64,000 nucleotides of DNA from a virus (taxonomy: Duplodnaviria > Caudoviricetes), in the IMG/VR virus record IMGVR_UViG_3300047160_000980, positions 5,947 through 69,946 of that record; one strand, given 5' to 3'. The position numbers and the translations under genes are program-made. Under the pieces are notes generated by a model. That model was not told the origin of the DNA. It made no database searches and worked only from the letters and a program-made list of their open reading frames with translations. Of this stretch, positions 10,406 to 19,765 are shown piece after piece (positions within the stretch are counted from its first letter, which is position 1; every line of letters begins with the position of its first letter).

Positions 10406-10413
10406 TATTTATC
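10406..10413 (-). promoter_or_regulatory. T4-type late promoter-like element upstream of prkA
   Basis: GATAAATA versus T4 TATAAATA; the same motif recurs at 17797, 27423, 33187, 41063 and 43563. Confidence 0.55.
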
Positions 10414-10470
10414 ACCTGATGCAATCCAGACACACGGCTCCTGTCAGGAACCACAGCGAAATTTCTGGAA

Positions 10471-10659
10471 CTAACCTACGTAGGCTTCGACAACCACGTC
10501 ATCTTCGATGACCAGATTGAGTCTATTCAATTGCATATCTCTGGTTAAGATGTAGTAATTGGCATCCTCGCGCGCAATTCGGAACCAGATTTGGTTCTCT
10601 TTTAATTGCGTCAAGGCTTCTTGCTTTGAGAGTCCGACTACTTGGATATTTTCGATCAT
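10471..10659 (-). CDS. Peptidase inhibitor I78 / potato inhibitor I-like small protein
   Basis: MIENIQVVGLSKQEA...ILTRDMQLNRLNLVIEDDVVVEAYVG matches the T-x-D-x-x-x-x-R-L-N...G pattern. Start trimmed to exclude the tRNA-Gly sequence. Confidence 0.65.
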   Translation of the reverse strand: MIENIQVVGLSKQEALTQLKENQIWFRIAREDANYYILTRDMQLNRLNLVIEDDVVVEAYVG

Positions 10660-10665
10660 AGATTT

Positions 10666-10741
10666 TGGAGCGGGCGATCGGGCTCGAACCGACCACATCC
10701 ACCTTGGCAAGGTGGCACTCTACCAAATGAGTTACGCCCGC
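10666..10741 (-). tRNA. tRNA-Gly(GCC)
   Basis: Cloverleaf, anticodon loop TTGCCAA, GTTCGA, encoded CCA. Confidence 0.95.
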
Positions 10742-10749
10742 ATTGAATT

Positions 10750-10824
10750 TGGAGGACGATAAGGGAATCGAACCCCTGTAACTAGTTTTGCAGACTAGCG
10801 CCTAAGCCACTCGACCAATCATCC
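10750..10824 (-). tRNA. tRNA-Cys(GCA)
   Basis: Cloverleaf, loop CTGCAAA, encoded CCA. Confidence 0.95.
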
Positions 10825-10830
10825 GTATCT

Positions 10831-11058
10831 TTATTTAGCTGCCTTGCAGAATGCCTGAACTAAGATTCCTAGGAACATCCCGCCAACTACAAACGCATCG
10901 ACGAGTCCGATCCAGAATCCGTATTCTGCTACCTTTTTGTCACCCGATGCAATGCCGGCTGCAAATACGGCGATTGCAATTGCAAATACAAACGCACCCC
11001 ACAAAATCGTCTTGGCAATCTTTTCAACATTGCTCATACAAAAACCTTTTCCTTCCAA
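10831..11058 (-). CDS. Small two-TM membrane protein
   Basis: Two hydrophobic segments. Confidence 0.6.
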   Translation of the reverse strand: MEGKGFCMSNVEKIAKTILWGAFVFAIAIAVFAAGIASGDKKVAEYGFWIGLVDAFVVGGMFLGILVQAFCKAAK

Positions 11059-11438
11059 TTCTTGCCGTACTTCTTGTTCAACCAGTTCAGGGCAAGTTTA
11101 TGGTGACTACAATGACGACGAAAGCCGTAACCAGTGCAATCGCATTGCACCAATCCAGAACTATGGAGAGAAAGCTTATGATCGTGTCCTTTACTTCCTT
11201 GAACGATGACATAACGTGTCCTAGTTGCCAAGGGTTTGTGTTTCACCCCACCCGCAATCTTTTCGATGGAAAGAAGATTTCTCCACAGAAAATTGCTGAC
11301 AGGGAATTCGGGATTGCCGGTCAACAGACAAAACGAATTAGGTGGATCCCACCGATCGTTCTGCACAATAGTCCCTTCAAAAATCTTGCCGGGACCGGTG
11401 ATCTTGCTGACTACTCTGACTCTTTCACCGATGTTCAT
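11034..11438 (-). CDS. SWIM zinc-finger protein
   Basis: CDCTGYGFRRHCSH (CxC...CxH) preceded by an SH3-like N-terminus. Confidence 0.75.
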   Translation of the reverse strand: MNIGERVRVVSKITGPGKIFEGTIVQNDRWDPPNSFCLLTGNPEFPVSNFLWRNLLSIEKIAGGVKHKPLATRTRYVIVQGSKGHDHKLSLHSSGLVQCDCTGYGFRRHCSHHKLALNWLNKKYGKNWKEKVFV

Positions 11439-11737
11439 GCCACAAATCCGATCTGGTTGAGAAATTTACGAACCAATTCGTTCGTGTTTTCACCACGATA
11501 AACGGCCCGACGCATTTCTTCGATCAAACACTTTGTTGGATAATCCGCAATGTTGACAAGCCATCTGAACTTGTCGCCATAATCTTCCGGATAAAAATCT
11601 TCGCGGTCGACCAAAGCATCGACGAGGTCTTCGGTCAAAATGTCGTTCATGTCGATTTCCACATCGACCTCACCGACATAGACATTCTGACAAAACGTGC
11701 GTTTATACGATGTGGGCATACACAGCCCTTTCACCAA
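11435..11737 (-). CDS. Hypothetical protein
   Basis: ORF in a gene-dense minus-strand run. Confidence 0.55.
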   Translation of the reverse strand: MVKGLCMPTSYKRTFCQNVYVGEVDVEIDMNDILTEDLVDALVDREDFYPEDYGDKFRWLVNIADYPTKCLIEEMRRAVYRGENTNELVRKFLNQIGFVA

Positions 11738-11939
11738 GTTGAATCAAACGTTCATGAATCCACTGATCCGGATCACCCGTTCTTGCCTTCGCAATGCCGT
11801 AGGGCATTTCGTTTGTGGACAGGAAATATTCGTACAGATCATTATACAAATCTTCCGAAATGTCATAATCGGTATCGCTCAGATAGAATTCTGCCGCATA
11901 CAAATCGGCAATCTTCTTAACCTGCTCTTGCGTCAACAT
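11703..11939 (-). CDS. Hypothetical protein
   Basis: RBS AGGAG and an upstream sigma70 promoter. Confidence 0.65.
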   Translation of the reverse strand: MLTQEQVKKIADLYAAEFYLSDTDYDISEDLYNDLYEYFLSTNEMPYGIAKARTGDPDQWIHERLIQLGERAVYAHIV

Positions 11940-11980
11940 GTAAATCTCCTTTTCAATAAAGGTGCTATCAGCACTCCGCT

Positions 11981-12009
11981 ATTGTAGACGATTTACCACA
12001 TAGAGTCAA
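11981..12009 (-). promoter_or_regulatory. Sigma70-type promoter
   Basis: TTGACT-17nt-TACAAT. Confidence 0.7.
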
Positions 12010-12031
12010 GAACTATTTTTCCTCTTTAGAA

Positions 12032-14824
12032 TCAAAGACTTATACCAGTTTTCTCAAGTAAATACTCACGAAACTCATCTACCACTCTGTCAACACTGAT
12101 CCCGTACATGCATGCATGCTGTGGTTTGTCGTATGTTTGACCGATTGGATTGATGCAGACACCCCTTGGGTGTACCGTGATCTTTGGATCCTCTTTGAAA
12201 CAGGGTTGACACGACAGACCGAGACTGATGTTCCGATTGTCCGGATAACCTGCAGCCGTGTATTGTGTCGATCCCCACAGAATCAATGCCGGAATCGAAA
12301 TCATCGAACCGTCTGCTTTTTGATAGGTGTAGTTGGTCAGATGATTTGTGAATGAATCGACTCCCAAATGCGCAGTGGCATTTGCAAAGATTGCAATGCT
12401 TTCACGCAATGGTGCACCACGTGCATCGAAAGTTCCTTCAATTCTCGGATCCGTTGCGACCCCGAGTTGAACGAATCTGACTCCAGGGAATCGACTGACA
12501 AATTCTTGCCAACGTTCGATCGGCCAATTCTTGTATGCGGACCAACCTGCCGTTGCATGAATCGTGAAGTATTGACCTTCCAATCTGCCGGCAACTGCAC
12601 TAGGAATTGCCTCTTGTTTGACCAGCAAAGAAGGAATGTGTCCTTCTTTAATGTCAACACCCATTTCGGTTGCAAAATATTCTAGCAAGTGTCTCTGCAT
12701 CGGCTTGTCAGGATAACCTTCTTGTAGAGGATAACCTACAAGATTGTAGACTTTCTGGTAACGGTTCTTTTTTGACTCAAAGACAATCGTATCGTCAACA
12801 ATTTCGACACCGGCTTGTTCAAAGAGGAACAACAATTCGTCACCAATCTTCTTGTTACAGAAGTAATGAACCTCATAGTCTGGATTTTGTTGCTTCCACA
12901 ACGGAATCAGATTCAACGTCATGATGATATCACCAATCGCGCCGGGTCGGTGAAAAGCGACGATCTTCCTTGACAATCTAACCACACGATCATTCCAATC
13001 CTTGTCAGGACCAACAATGAAACGTTGAGCGTGCTTTGCCCAATACAAAGCCTGATCGCGATTACCTAATTCCTCGTATGCCCAAGAAATCAATCGCAAT
13101 GGTTGATCGGTATACTTGTTGGCTTCACGCCACAACAATGTTGTCTTGTTCTCTTGACTGAATGCAACATTGCAGAATCCAATCGCTTCCCAATACTGTT
13201 TTCTTTCGTAGGCGATGAAAGCCAGTTCCATCCATAGTTCTGACCATTCACGATTCTTACTCAGACCTTCTAGCAAAGTAACAGTGGCGCCGGCATCGTC
13301 CTTTAGTTTGCGTTGATTGCGTGCCTTGTACAAATAGGCAAACATCCATTCGTCATGATACTCGGCACCAAACGCAATTCGTTTTGAATACCAATCAATT
13401 GCTTCTTTAGGCCTATCTCCATCCGAATGTGTGTTTGCAATGTAGAATGCACCACGTGAAGTAGGCTTTGTGTCCCATTCGCGTAGTAGAATGCGTAGAT
13501 TTCGGGCGTTGCCTGTTTCGGATCCTGAAGGTGTTGCGTCATGATGAATGAACACATTTGAAAGTTCCATTACCTGATGCCCACCAATCGTTGGATATTC
13601 ATGGATGGCAAATTCAAATTTGACACCCCTCCTCACCTTCCACATTCTATGGTGTGTCCACGACGGACCACCTGCCTGTATTTTCAATCCGTAAACATCA
13701 GGCAAACCAAAATACACTGCACGCTTTAGTTCCCTCGGATTCAGGAGAATATCATCGGCATCCATCCACAGACAGTAATCAGCCGACACAATGTCATTGA
13801 TCTTGTCAACGAAAATGTTTCTTGCCTTACTAAAGTCCCAAAGCTTCCATTCTCCTTTTTCGTCTTTCTCGGATGCGCCAAAGTAGTAACTATATTTGAC
13901 CTCGACCCCTGTTTTCTTTGACCACTCTTTTGCGACGATTTCAGTTTTATCGGTCGAGCCAGTGTCTACAATGACCACACCTTTGACCACATCCTTGATT
14001 GATTCAAGGCACTTTGGAAGATCACGTTCCTCGTTTCTGACAATCATTCCTGCCCAAATCTCAGGTTGTTTGGTAATTGGTTTTAGAATGATATCTGATT
14101 GTCCAATACCTTCTTGCGGTAAGTAGTGTTCGACAATAAAGGTGTTTGTTTCCTGTAATGCCTGTAAAATCGATCCGCTTGTGTGATAGAAAGGATGAAT
14201 GGTGTAATGACCAGGAGTCAAATCACGTTCGAATCCTTTCACCCCATGATCCGGCAATCTCAGATACAAACGCCCGGTGTCTTTCACCAGACTTCTAAGT
14301 TTTTTCAGACCTTCCTTAGGATCATACAAGTGTTCGAACATATGAACCATCGTAATGAGGTCATATCTTTCGTTGTTGCCTGGTAGAAGTTCTCCTCGGG
14401 TAAGGGTTTCAAAATCTCCCTTAATCATTTCGACGCCAAGGTCTTTTGCATAGTCTGGAACAACTTCAATGTTGTCCACAGCCAAAACTTTACATTCATG
14501 TCGCGTCTTTAGAACATGTGACAAGTAAGGATACTTCGAACCAATGTCGAGACACAATCCTGATTGATTTTTCAAGCAATGATTATACAACCAATCTGCA
14601 AGTTGACTGTTGGCCTGCTTTTCTTGTTGGGTCATCAGATGACCCGTCGAGTGTCCTTCTGCGTCCAGTTCATGGTCTGCCTCATAAGTTTTAGGTGGCT
14701 TCGGATCCTGAAACCAACATCCACAATGTTGACATTCAAAATACGGAGACTCTAGAACTTGTTTTTCTGTTTTTGTGTCGCAGATCGGACAATTATGCAT
14801 CATGGTGTACCTCGTCAATGTCAC
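12032..14824 (-). CDS. Fusion protein: Zn-ribbon + SAM methyltransferase + GT2 glycosyltransferase + TPR + GT9 (heptosyltransferase-like)
   Basis: CPIC..CQHCG; LDIGS, MFEHL; MIVRNEE..LPKCLES, VDTGSTD, WMDADD, HEYP; TPR-like helices; RPGAIGDIIM, HLGVDSFTNH, LWGST. Confidence 0.85.
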   Translation of the reverse strand: MTLTRYTMMHNCPICDTKTEKQVLESPYFECQHCGCWFQDPKPPKTYEADHELDAEGHSTGHLMTQQEKQANSQLADWLYNHCLKNQSGLCLDIGSKYPYLSHVLKTRHECKVLAVDNIEVVPDYAKDLGVEMIKGDFETLTRGELLPGNNERYDLITMVHMFEHLYDPKEGLKKLRSLVKDTGRLYLRLPDHGVKGFERDLTPGHYTIHPFYHTSGSILQALQETNTFIVEHYLPQEGIGQSDIILKPITKQPEIWAGMIVRNEERDLPKCLESIKDVVKGVVIVDTGSTDKTEIVAKEWSKKTGVEVKYSYYFGASEKDEKGEWKLWDFSKARNIFVDKINDIVSADYCLWMDADDILLNPRELKRAVYFGLPDVYGLKIQAGGPSWTHHRMWKVRRGVKFEFAIHEYPTIGGHQVMELSNVFIHHDATPSGSETGNARNLRILLREWDTKPTSRGAFYIANTHSDGDRPKEAIDWYSKRIAFGAEYHDEWMFAYLYKARNQRKLKDDAGATVTLLEGLSKNREWSELWMELAFIAYERKQYWEAIGFCNVAFSQENKTTLLWREANKYTDQPLRLISWAYEELGNRDQALYWAKHAQRFIVGPDKDWNDRVVRLSRKIVAFHRPGAIGDIIMTLNLIPLWKQQNPDYEVHYFCNKKIGDELLFLFEQAGVEIVDDTIVFESKKNRYQKVYNLVGYPLQEGYPDKPMQRHLLEYFATEMGVDIKEGHIPSLLVKQEAIPSAVAGRLEGQYFTIHATAGWSAYKNWPIERWQEFVSRFPGVRFVQLGVATDPRIEGTFDARGAPLRESIAIFANATAHLGVDSFTNHLTNYTYQKADGSMISIPALILWGSTQYTAAGYPDNRNISLGLSCQPCFKEDPKITVHPRGVCINPIGQTYDKPQHACMYGISVDRVVDEFREYLLEKTGISL

Positions 14825-15662
14825 CTAGTGTTTCAGGAACATCCTCTATGATTGTGTTCGGTGGTAGATAATTTTGTAGTTCTTCCTTTGTCATTGGCGT
14901 CGGACCCTCTGGCTCTTGTCGTCGTGCAAAGGAGAAATTAGCCGCGAGCAACAATGCGATAGCCAAAGGGTCAAAGACGACAACCAGACATAGTATCATG
15001 TAACGCACTGCCTTGTCAATAGATTCTTGTGAATCATCGAACAAAGTTTTGGCAATGAACGTGATGGGTCCTAGATCGTTTGATGTTGCCGTGTCTGAAC
15101 CTAGAGCAATCTTATCCTTCTGCAAATGGACAATGTTGTCGTTGGCTGACTTGATTGACTGATTCAGTTCGCCTCGTTCTTTAGCCTGTTGCTTTCGGAT
15201 TGCAACACCACGCTCGACCTTGTTGTCTTGGTTTTGAAGGGCATCGACTGATTTGTTCAACTGAGCCAGGGTTTGATTTGCTCTCTCTATGTTTCCCTTT
15301 TCAATTGCAATCTGTTGATCCAGAGCCTGAATCTCGGCAATGTGTGTCGCAACAGGTGCAAGTTTGTCTGTGTAGGCCTTGCTAAGATAACCAAAGATGC
15401 CGAGGCTGGTAATCGCCATCATGATGACGACGGCGATAGACATGAACCACTTAAGGAAACTTGGAGCTATTTTCCACGAACGAAAAAGCCATGTAGAGGA
15501 TACAAGCTTTCCTAGTTCTAACACACCAAAGACTATGACACCTGCCAGCAATGAATCAGTGAAAAGCTTGGCTAGCCCATAGATTGAAAAGTATGCCGCT
15601 ACTCCTGAGATAAGGAGACCGCTGAACAGGGCGAGTGGAGCGAGCCATTTACTTTGCTGCAT
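14793..15662 (-). CDS. Multi-TM coiled-coil membrane protein
   Basis: Three N-terminal TM segments, a coiled coil, and C-terminal TM VVFDPLAIALLLA. Confidence 0.7.
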   Translation of the reverse strand: MQQSKWLAPLALFSGLLISGVAAYFSIYGLAKLFTDSLLAGVIVFGVLELGKLVSSTWLFRSWKIAPSFLKWFMSIAVVIMMAITSLGIFGYLSKAYTDKLAPVATHIAEIQALDQQIAIEKGNIERANQTLAQLNKSVDALQNQDNKVERGVAIRKQQAKERGELNQSIKSANDNIVHLQKDKIALGSDTATSNDLGPITFIAKTLFDDSQESIDKAVRYMILCLVVVFDPLAIALLLAANFSFARRQEPEGPTPMTKEELQNYLPPNTIIEDVPETLGDIDEVHHDA

Positions 15663-16204
15663 GATAATTTGTTAAAGGCATATTTGCACATGTAGAAGGA
15701 ATCGACAAGATCCGATACAGGACTGGCCGTCGATTCTTGATCGAACACATTTTTCAGATTGAATTGTGTTTCTTTGAAGAAGGCATCGTACATTGCATCC
15801 TTGTCCGAATTGCCTTTACCTGTTGCGAATTTCTTGATTGTTGTTGGTGCGGCGACCGAGAATGTTTTGTTGAAACGCCAGAGTTGGTGCTTCAATAATC
15901 CTGTATTCTCGGCAATGTGAAAGACACGGCCTTTTGATCCGAACGAATAATCCTCAATGACGACATATTCAACTTCGTTTAGAATTTCTAGCGCCCAGGT
16001 TGAAATGTTATTGTATCGTTGTTCCTCGATCTTGTAGGTACGATGTTCTTTGCCATTGATCTGACCTTTAGCAAAAGAACCTGAGGCTTTCTTTTTGGCT
16101 GTGAGGAAATGAAACTTGCAGTCCTCAAAACCAAAGGTCTTCTTATACGGCGCAACACATATTGCCGGAGTGGTTAGTGAATAATCAATCCCGGCTATCA
16201 ACAT
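15599..16204 (-). CDS. RuvC-like Holliday junction resolvase
   Basis: IAGIDYS, VIEDYSFGS, PTTIKKFATGKGN, DLVDS; start trimmed. Confidence 0.8.
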   Translation of the reverse strand: MLIAGIDYSLTTPAICVAPYKKTFGFEDCKFHFLTAKKKASGSFAKGQINGKEHRTYKIEEQRYNNISTWALEILNEVEYVVIEDYSFGSKGRVFHIAENTGLLKHQLWRFNKTFSVAAPTTIKKFATGKGNSDKDAMYDAFFKETQFNLKNVFDQESTASPVSDLVDSFYMCKYAFNKLSCSKVNGSLHSPCSAVSLSQE

Positions 16205-16661
16205 CTTCTGGAATTCCGTAAAATGCAACCCCGGCTTCGGTGAACATTTCAGACGATGTTGCCAAGGAATCTTTCCAACGTTCTTGTAATTCTTTGGATA
16301 CTTTTGGAATGTAACCGACAACGCATGTCACGCCGGCTTGAATGGCCATCTTGGCACAGTCTTGGCAAATGCAAGGGATACCGAAAGATGGATAAACATA
16401 CAAAGTCGCTCCGCGGGCACGTTCACCTGCCGTGACAATGGCATTAACTTCGGCATGAACTATGAATTTGTATTTCGTAGGACGATCTTCATAACGTGAT
16501 TGAAGATCAAAAACATTACGGGCGAATCCATTATAACCTACACTCACCACTTCACGTCTTCCATTGACCAGAACTGCACCAACTTGGGTACTTGGATCCT
16601 TGCTCCATGTCGAAACGTGTTTTGCTAATTCGAGAAACCTTCTGTTCCACTTATACTCCAT
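16185..16661 (-). CDS. dCMP deaminase
   Basis: SKDPSTQVGA, GYNG, HAEVNAI, PCICQDC zinc motif. Confidence 0.9.
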   Translation of the reverse strand: MEYKWNRRFLELAKHVSTWSKDPSTQVGAVLVNGRREVVSVGYNGFARNVFDLQSRYEDRPTKYKFIVHAEVNAIVTAGERARGATLYVYPSFGIPCICQDCAKMAIQAGVTCVVGYIPKVSKELQERWKDSLATSSEMFTEAGVAFYGIPEDVDSRD

Positions 16662-16676
16662 AATAAAATCCTTCGT

Positions 16677-17147
16677 TTAGGCTTGGTTTACGTTGTCTCC
16701 ATCTGCAACCATTCTGGCAGATACATTGTCAGGACTGTTCACAGGTTGTTGAATCTTGACTTCGGTTGATTTCTTTTTCTTGGTTGGAGTCGTTTCTTCG
16801 ACGACTGGTTTAGTGTGTTTCTTGATGAAGGCGTCTGCATCTGCCCAAGTTGTATGACCACGAGGTCTGATTCCATGTCGATCTTTGTAAGTATCTGAAT
16901 AGAACGAATGCAAATCTGGATCAATGTGACCAACATGAGCATCTGGACCTAAAAGTTTTTGCAATTGCTTGATAGTGTGTTCGTATTGCTTGTTAAGGTT
17001 ATTACGATTTGTCTTGTCGTTGCGATCAAGAGCATAAATCTTGCGAAGGATCTTATGTTGCTTGGCTTGATATTCCTTGACAACAGGATGTTGTGGTGTT
17101 ACAAATCCTTTGCGTTCAGTCAATAAAAATTGTTGGAAGGTTTTCAT
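16677..17147 (-). CDS. Putative internal head protein with capsid-targeting-like N-terminus
   Basis: MKTFQQFLLTE resembles the T4 CTS MKTYQEFIAE; basic and His-rich. Confidence 0.6.
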   Translation of the reverse strand: MKTFQQFLLTERKGFVTPQHPVVKEYQAKQHKILRKIYALDRNDKTNRNNLNKQYEHTIKQLQKLLGPDAHVGHIDPDLHSFYSDTYKDRHGIRPRGHTTWADADAFIKKHTKPVVEETTPTKKKKSTEVKIQQPVNSPDNVSARMVADGDNVNQA

Positions 17148-17149
17148 TC

Positions 17150-17791
17150 TTATCCTTGATTTACGTTGTCGCCGTAATTGATGTTGCCCGAAATGTCATT
17201 TGACATTGGTGTCGAAGGTGAAATCATTGAAACACTACCTTTGATGCTGACCTTATCGGCATTCTTGTCTTGTTTCTTTGTTTTCTTGGGTGGAGCAGTA
17301 TCTTCAAATTTCACCTTGAACATAGAACCATGTTTCTTGACTGCCGGGATCCATGACCATCCGTATTCAGGGTGGTGATGAAATTGGGCACTTTGACCTA
17401 ACAGATCAGAGGCCTTTTTCCAGGCTCCGGAGCGAACATGTCCCACAATCTTGTTCTTGTGATTGATAACTGGAACTAAGGATTGTTCTAGTTTTCGTCC
17501 TTCGTTGACAAGATCATCCACCGATTTATCTTGAGAGGAATTCGGACGAGAATTTGATTCGATTGGTTTTGCAGCACCAGTGTACTTGACCTTAGACGGC
17601 TTTTTTGCACCTTCTTCTAAGGCTTTCTGATGGCGCTGCATTTCCTTGTTGTGATAATCCCACTCGATGTTCAGCGGGGTGTCCTTCTTCTCAGATTTCA
17701 ATCGATTGACTTCACCCATGTGGAAATTGAACTGACGACGATGGTAGTCTTTGTCTAGGACTTGCTCGCAGAATTGAGAGAAGGTTTTCAT
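17150..17791 (-). CDS. Putative internal head protein with capsid-targeting-like N-terminus
   Basis: MKTFSQFCEQ; CATAAATA late-promoter-like motif at 17797-17804. Confidence 0.6.
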   Translation of the reverse strand: MKTFSQFCEQVLDKDYHRRQFNFHMGEVNRLKSEKKDTPLNIEWDYHNKEMQRHQKALEEGAKKPSKVKYTGAAKPIESNSRPNSSQDKSVDDLVNEGRKLEQSLVPVINHKNKIVGHVRSGAWKKASDLLGQSAQFHHHPEYGWSWIPAVKKHGSMFKVKFEDTAPPKKTKKQDKNADKVSIKGSVSMISPSTPMSNDISGNINYGDNVNQG

Positions 17792-17805
17792 ACTTCTATT
17801 TATGC

Positions 17806-19695
17806 TCAGTTGATGGAGCAAACTCCGGCGACGCAGGCTAGTTCCTGAGAACCTGTAGTCAGATCCGTCTCCTCACTATACCCTGTCCAATCGATGTAGA
17901 CGCTGCCGACTTTCTTAACCATTTCAAGATATTGCTGTTCGGTAATTTCCTCGAATGGTGGTTGACGATATGTACCTGTGTCTCTTGGAAGAAAGGCGAT
18001 TCCTGAGATTTGATCCAGATGCTTGTAGACCCAGGCTCCAACGTCCATCCATTCATCCTCACCGATATGAACAGTGATCGAAGGTTTGTGTTCGCACCAA
18101 TGATCCTGATAGATTTTCCAGAGTTCTAATTGCTGGATCGCAGTCATGTCCTTTGTGACGATACTGCCTTCAGGGGCCTTTGCCGGAAATGCAAACACCC
18201 AATTACTCTTAGAGTAAAAATCTTCCTCGGCTTCGTAACCTTGACGAATCATGTACTCTGCCATCGGATCCTTCTTGTCCATCCTAACACGACGCATGTA
18301 GAAATTTGCATAGCGAGGATGAATACCACTTGACGTGTCGGTCAATTGACTTGTGGTTCCTGAGGGTTTGACGCAGGTGATTGCCGTCGACACTTCGATA
18401 CCAAGAATCTTGGCATAGCGTTTGTTGACTTCTCGGCAATGTTCGCGCAGTTTATTCAGTGTGTCAGACAATTCTGGCGAAGGTTTAGAGAGAAATGCGT
18501 TGTCGCATATACCGGTCATGGAGACGCCGAGCAAACGTTCTTCCTCTGTATTGTTCTTCCACCTTTTATTGATGTAACGAAAGTCGGTCAATGTCGATTG
18601 AATCGTTCCAAGAATTGTTGCCAATTCAGTCTTGCGCATCAGCGATTCGATTGTTTCGTCTTTGCGAATGATGACTTCGGTTAAATTGCAAAACTGGAAA
18701 GGACGCAAAATAATTTCCGAACAAGGATTTGTGCCGTAATCAATTTCAGGATCGCGCAAACCATATTTGCCGGCCTGAATTTGTGAAGCCTTACGCGAGA
18801 AAATTCCACGTTCACCTGATCGTGATTTGTAGATCGAAACAAATTCGTCCATAAAAATTGCCATTGAAGGTTTTTGTTCATAGACGGCGCTGTTGTTTGA
18901 AAGGGCACGTTGTCCATTCTCTTTGTACCACTCACCGGCCTTTGCACGACGCAAATTGTCGTCGTTGAGGTCAGAAAGAGAAATTAGAGCCGATCGTCTG
19001 ACACCACCACAAACTACAATCTCGGCGATCTTGCAGGCAATGTCATGACATTCTAGTGTTGTGAGTCTGCGACCCTTTGCCTGTAGAAAGGTGTTGATAC
19101 AGAATTTCATCAAGTCAATCAATGGTTCAGGACCTGATGCACGTCCACCAAATGTTTTTAGTCGTACACCTGCCAATCTAAGTTTACTCACATCCCACTT
19201 TGGAATTTGTCCATTCCAAAGTAAAGACATGAACTCTTTGTAACCCTTTGCCCAACCAATCTTCGAATCGTGAAAAACAATGGTGGTGTCGGTATCATGA
19301 AATTCCTCAGGAACCTCAGGTAGTTTATTCGTGTAACGAGATTCTACAGAAAATCCACCACCTGTTCCGCACATTAAAATGTACATCATTTCGTCGAATG
19401 CACGAGGGCTATCGATTGGCAGGTATGAACAATTATAGGCCGCAACGTTGTCCTTATCCAATGCCTCACCTGCTGTCATTAGGCAACGCATTGAAGGTAA
19501 AACTTCCAGATTCAGAATTGCATACTTCAAATCATCCCAAGGGATGTGTTTGTTTTGTAGTTTGTCCTTGAAAAAAGTAATGTAACGATTTACAGTTTCT
19601 TCCCATGTTTCTCTGCGAGTCAGTTCATCGACATAACGTGCATAACGGGATTGGTGGATGTAGGATTGAAAAACAGACGGCAGAACAACAGCCAT
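17806..19695 (-). CDS. nrdJ: Class II (adenosylcobalamin-dependent) ribonucleotide reductase
   Basis: SRYAR...RRETWEETV.RY, GGVRRSALI, TNPCSEI, CNLTE, TCVKPSGT, EHKPSITV, C-terminal ACVAGVC; start trimmed to MAVV. Confidence 0.9.
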   Translation of the reverse strand: MAVVLPSVFQSYIHQSRYARYVDELTRRETWEETVNRYITFFKDKLQNKHIPWDDLKYAILNLEVLPSMRCLMTAGEALDKDNVAAYNCSYLPIDSPRAFDEMMYILMCGTGGGFSVESRYTNKLPEVPEEFHDTDTTIVFHDSKIGWAKGYKEFMSLLWNGQIPKWDVSKLRLAGVRLKTFGGRASGPEPLIDLMKFCINTFLQAKGRRLTTLECHDIACKIAEIVVCGGVRRSALISLSDLNDDNLRRAKAGEWYKENGQRALSNNSAVYEQKPSMAIFMDEFVSIYKSRSGERGIFSRKASQIQAGKYGLRDPEIDYGTNPCSEIILRPFQFCNLTEVIIRKDETIESLMRKTELATILGTIQSTLTDFRYINKRWKNNTEEERLLGVSMTGICDNAFLSKPSPELSDTLNKLREHCREVNKRYAKILGIEVSTAITCVKPSGTTSQLTDTSSGIHPRYANFYMRRVRMDKKDPMAEYMIRQGYEAEEDFYSKSNWVFAFPAKAPEGSIVTKDMTAIQQLELWKIYQDHWCEHKPSITVHIGEDEWMDVGAWVYKHLDQISGIAFLPRDTGTYRQPPFEEITEQQYLEMVKKVGSVYIDWTGYSEETDLTTGSQELACVAGVCSIN

Positions 19696-19765
19696 AGCGG
19701 TGCTCCTTTTTAACTTCTTATTGTTTGACTTTGGGAATAGACTACTATTTAGAATTTGGTATTGC

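Noticed and set aside
10523-10762. ORFs spanning the tRNA-Gly/Cys genes (also 40807-41010)
   Set aside because: They are translations of tRNA sequence.
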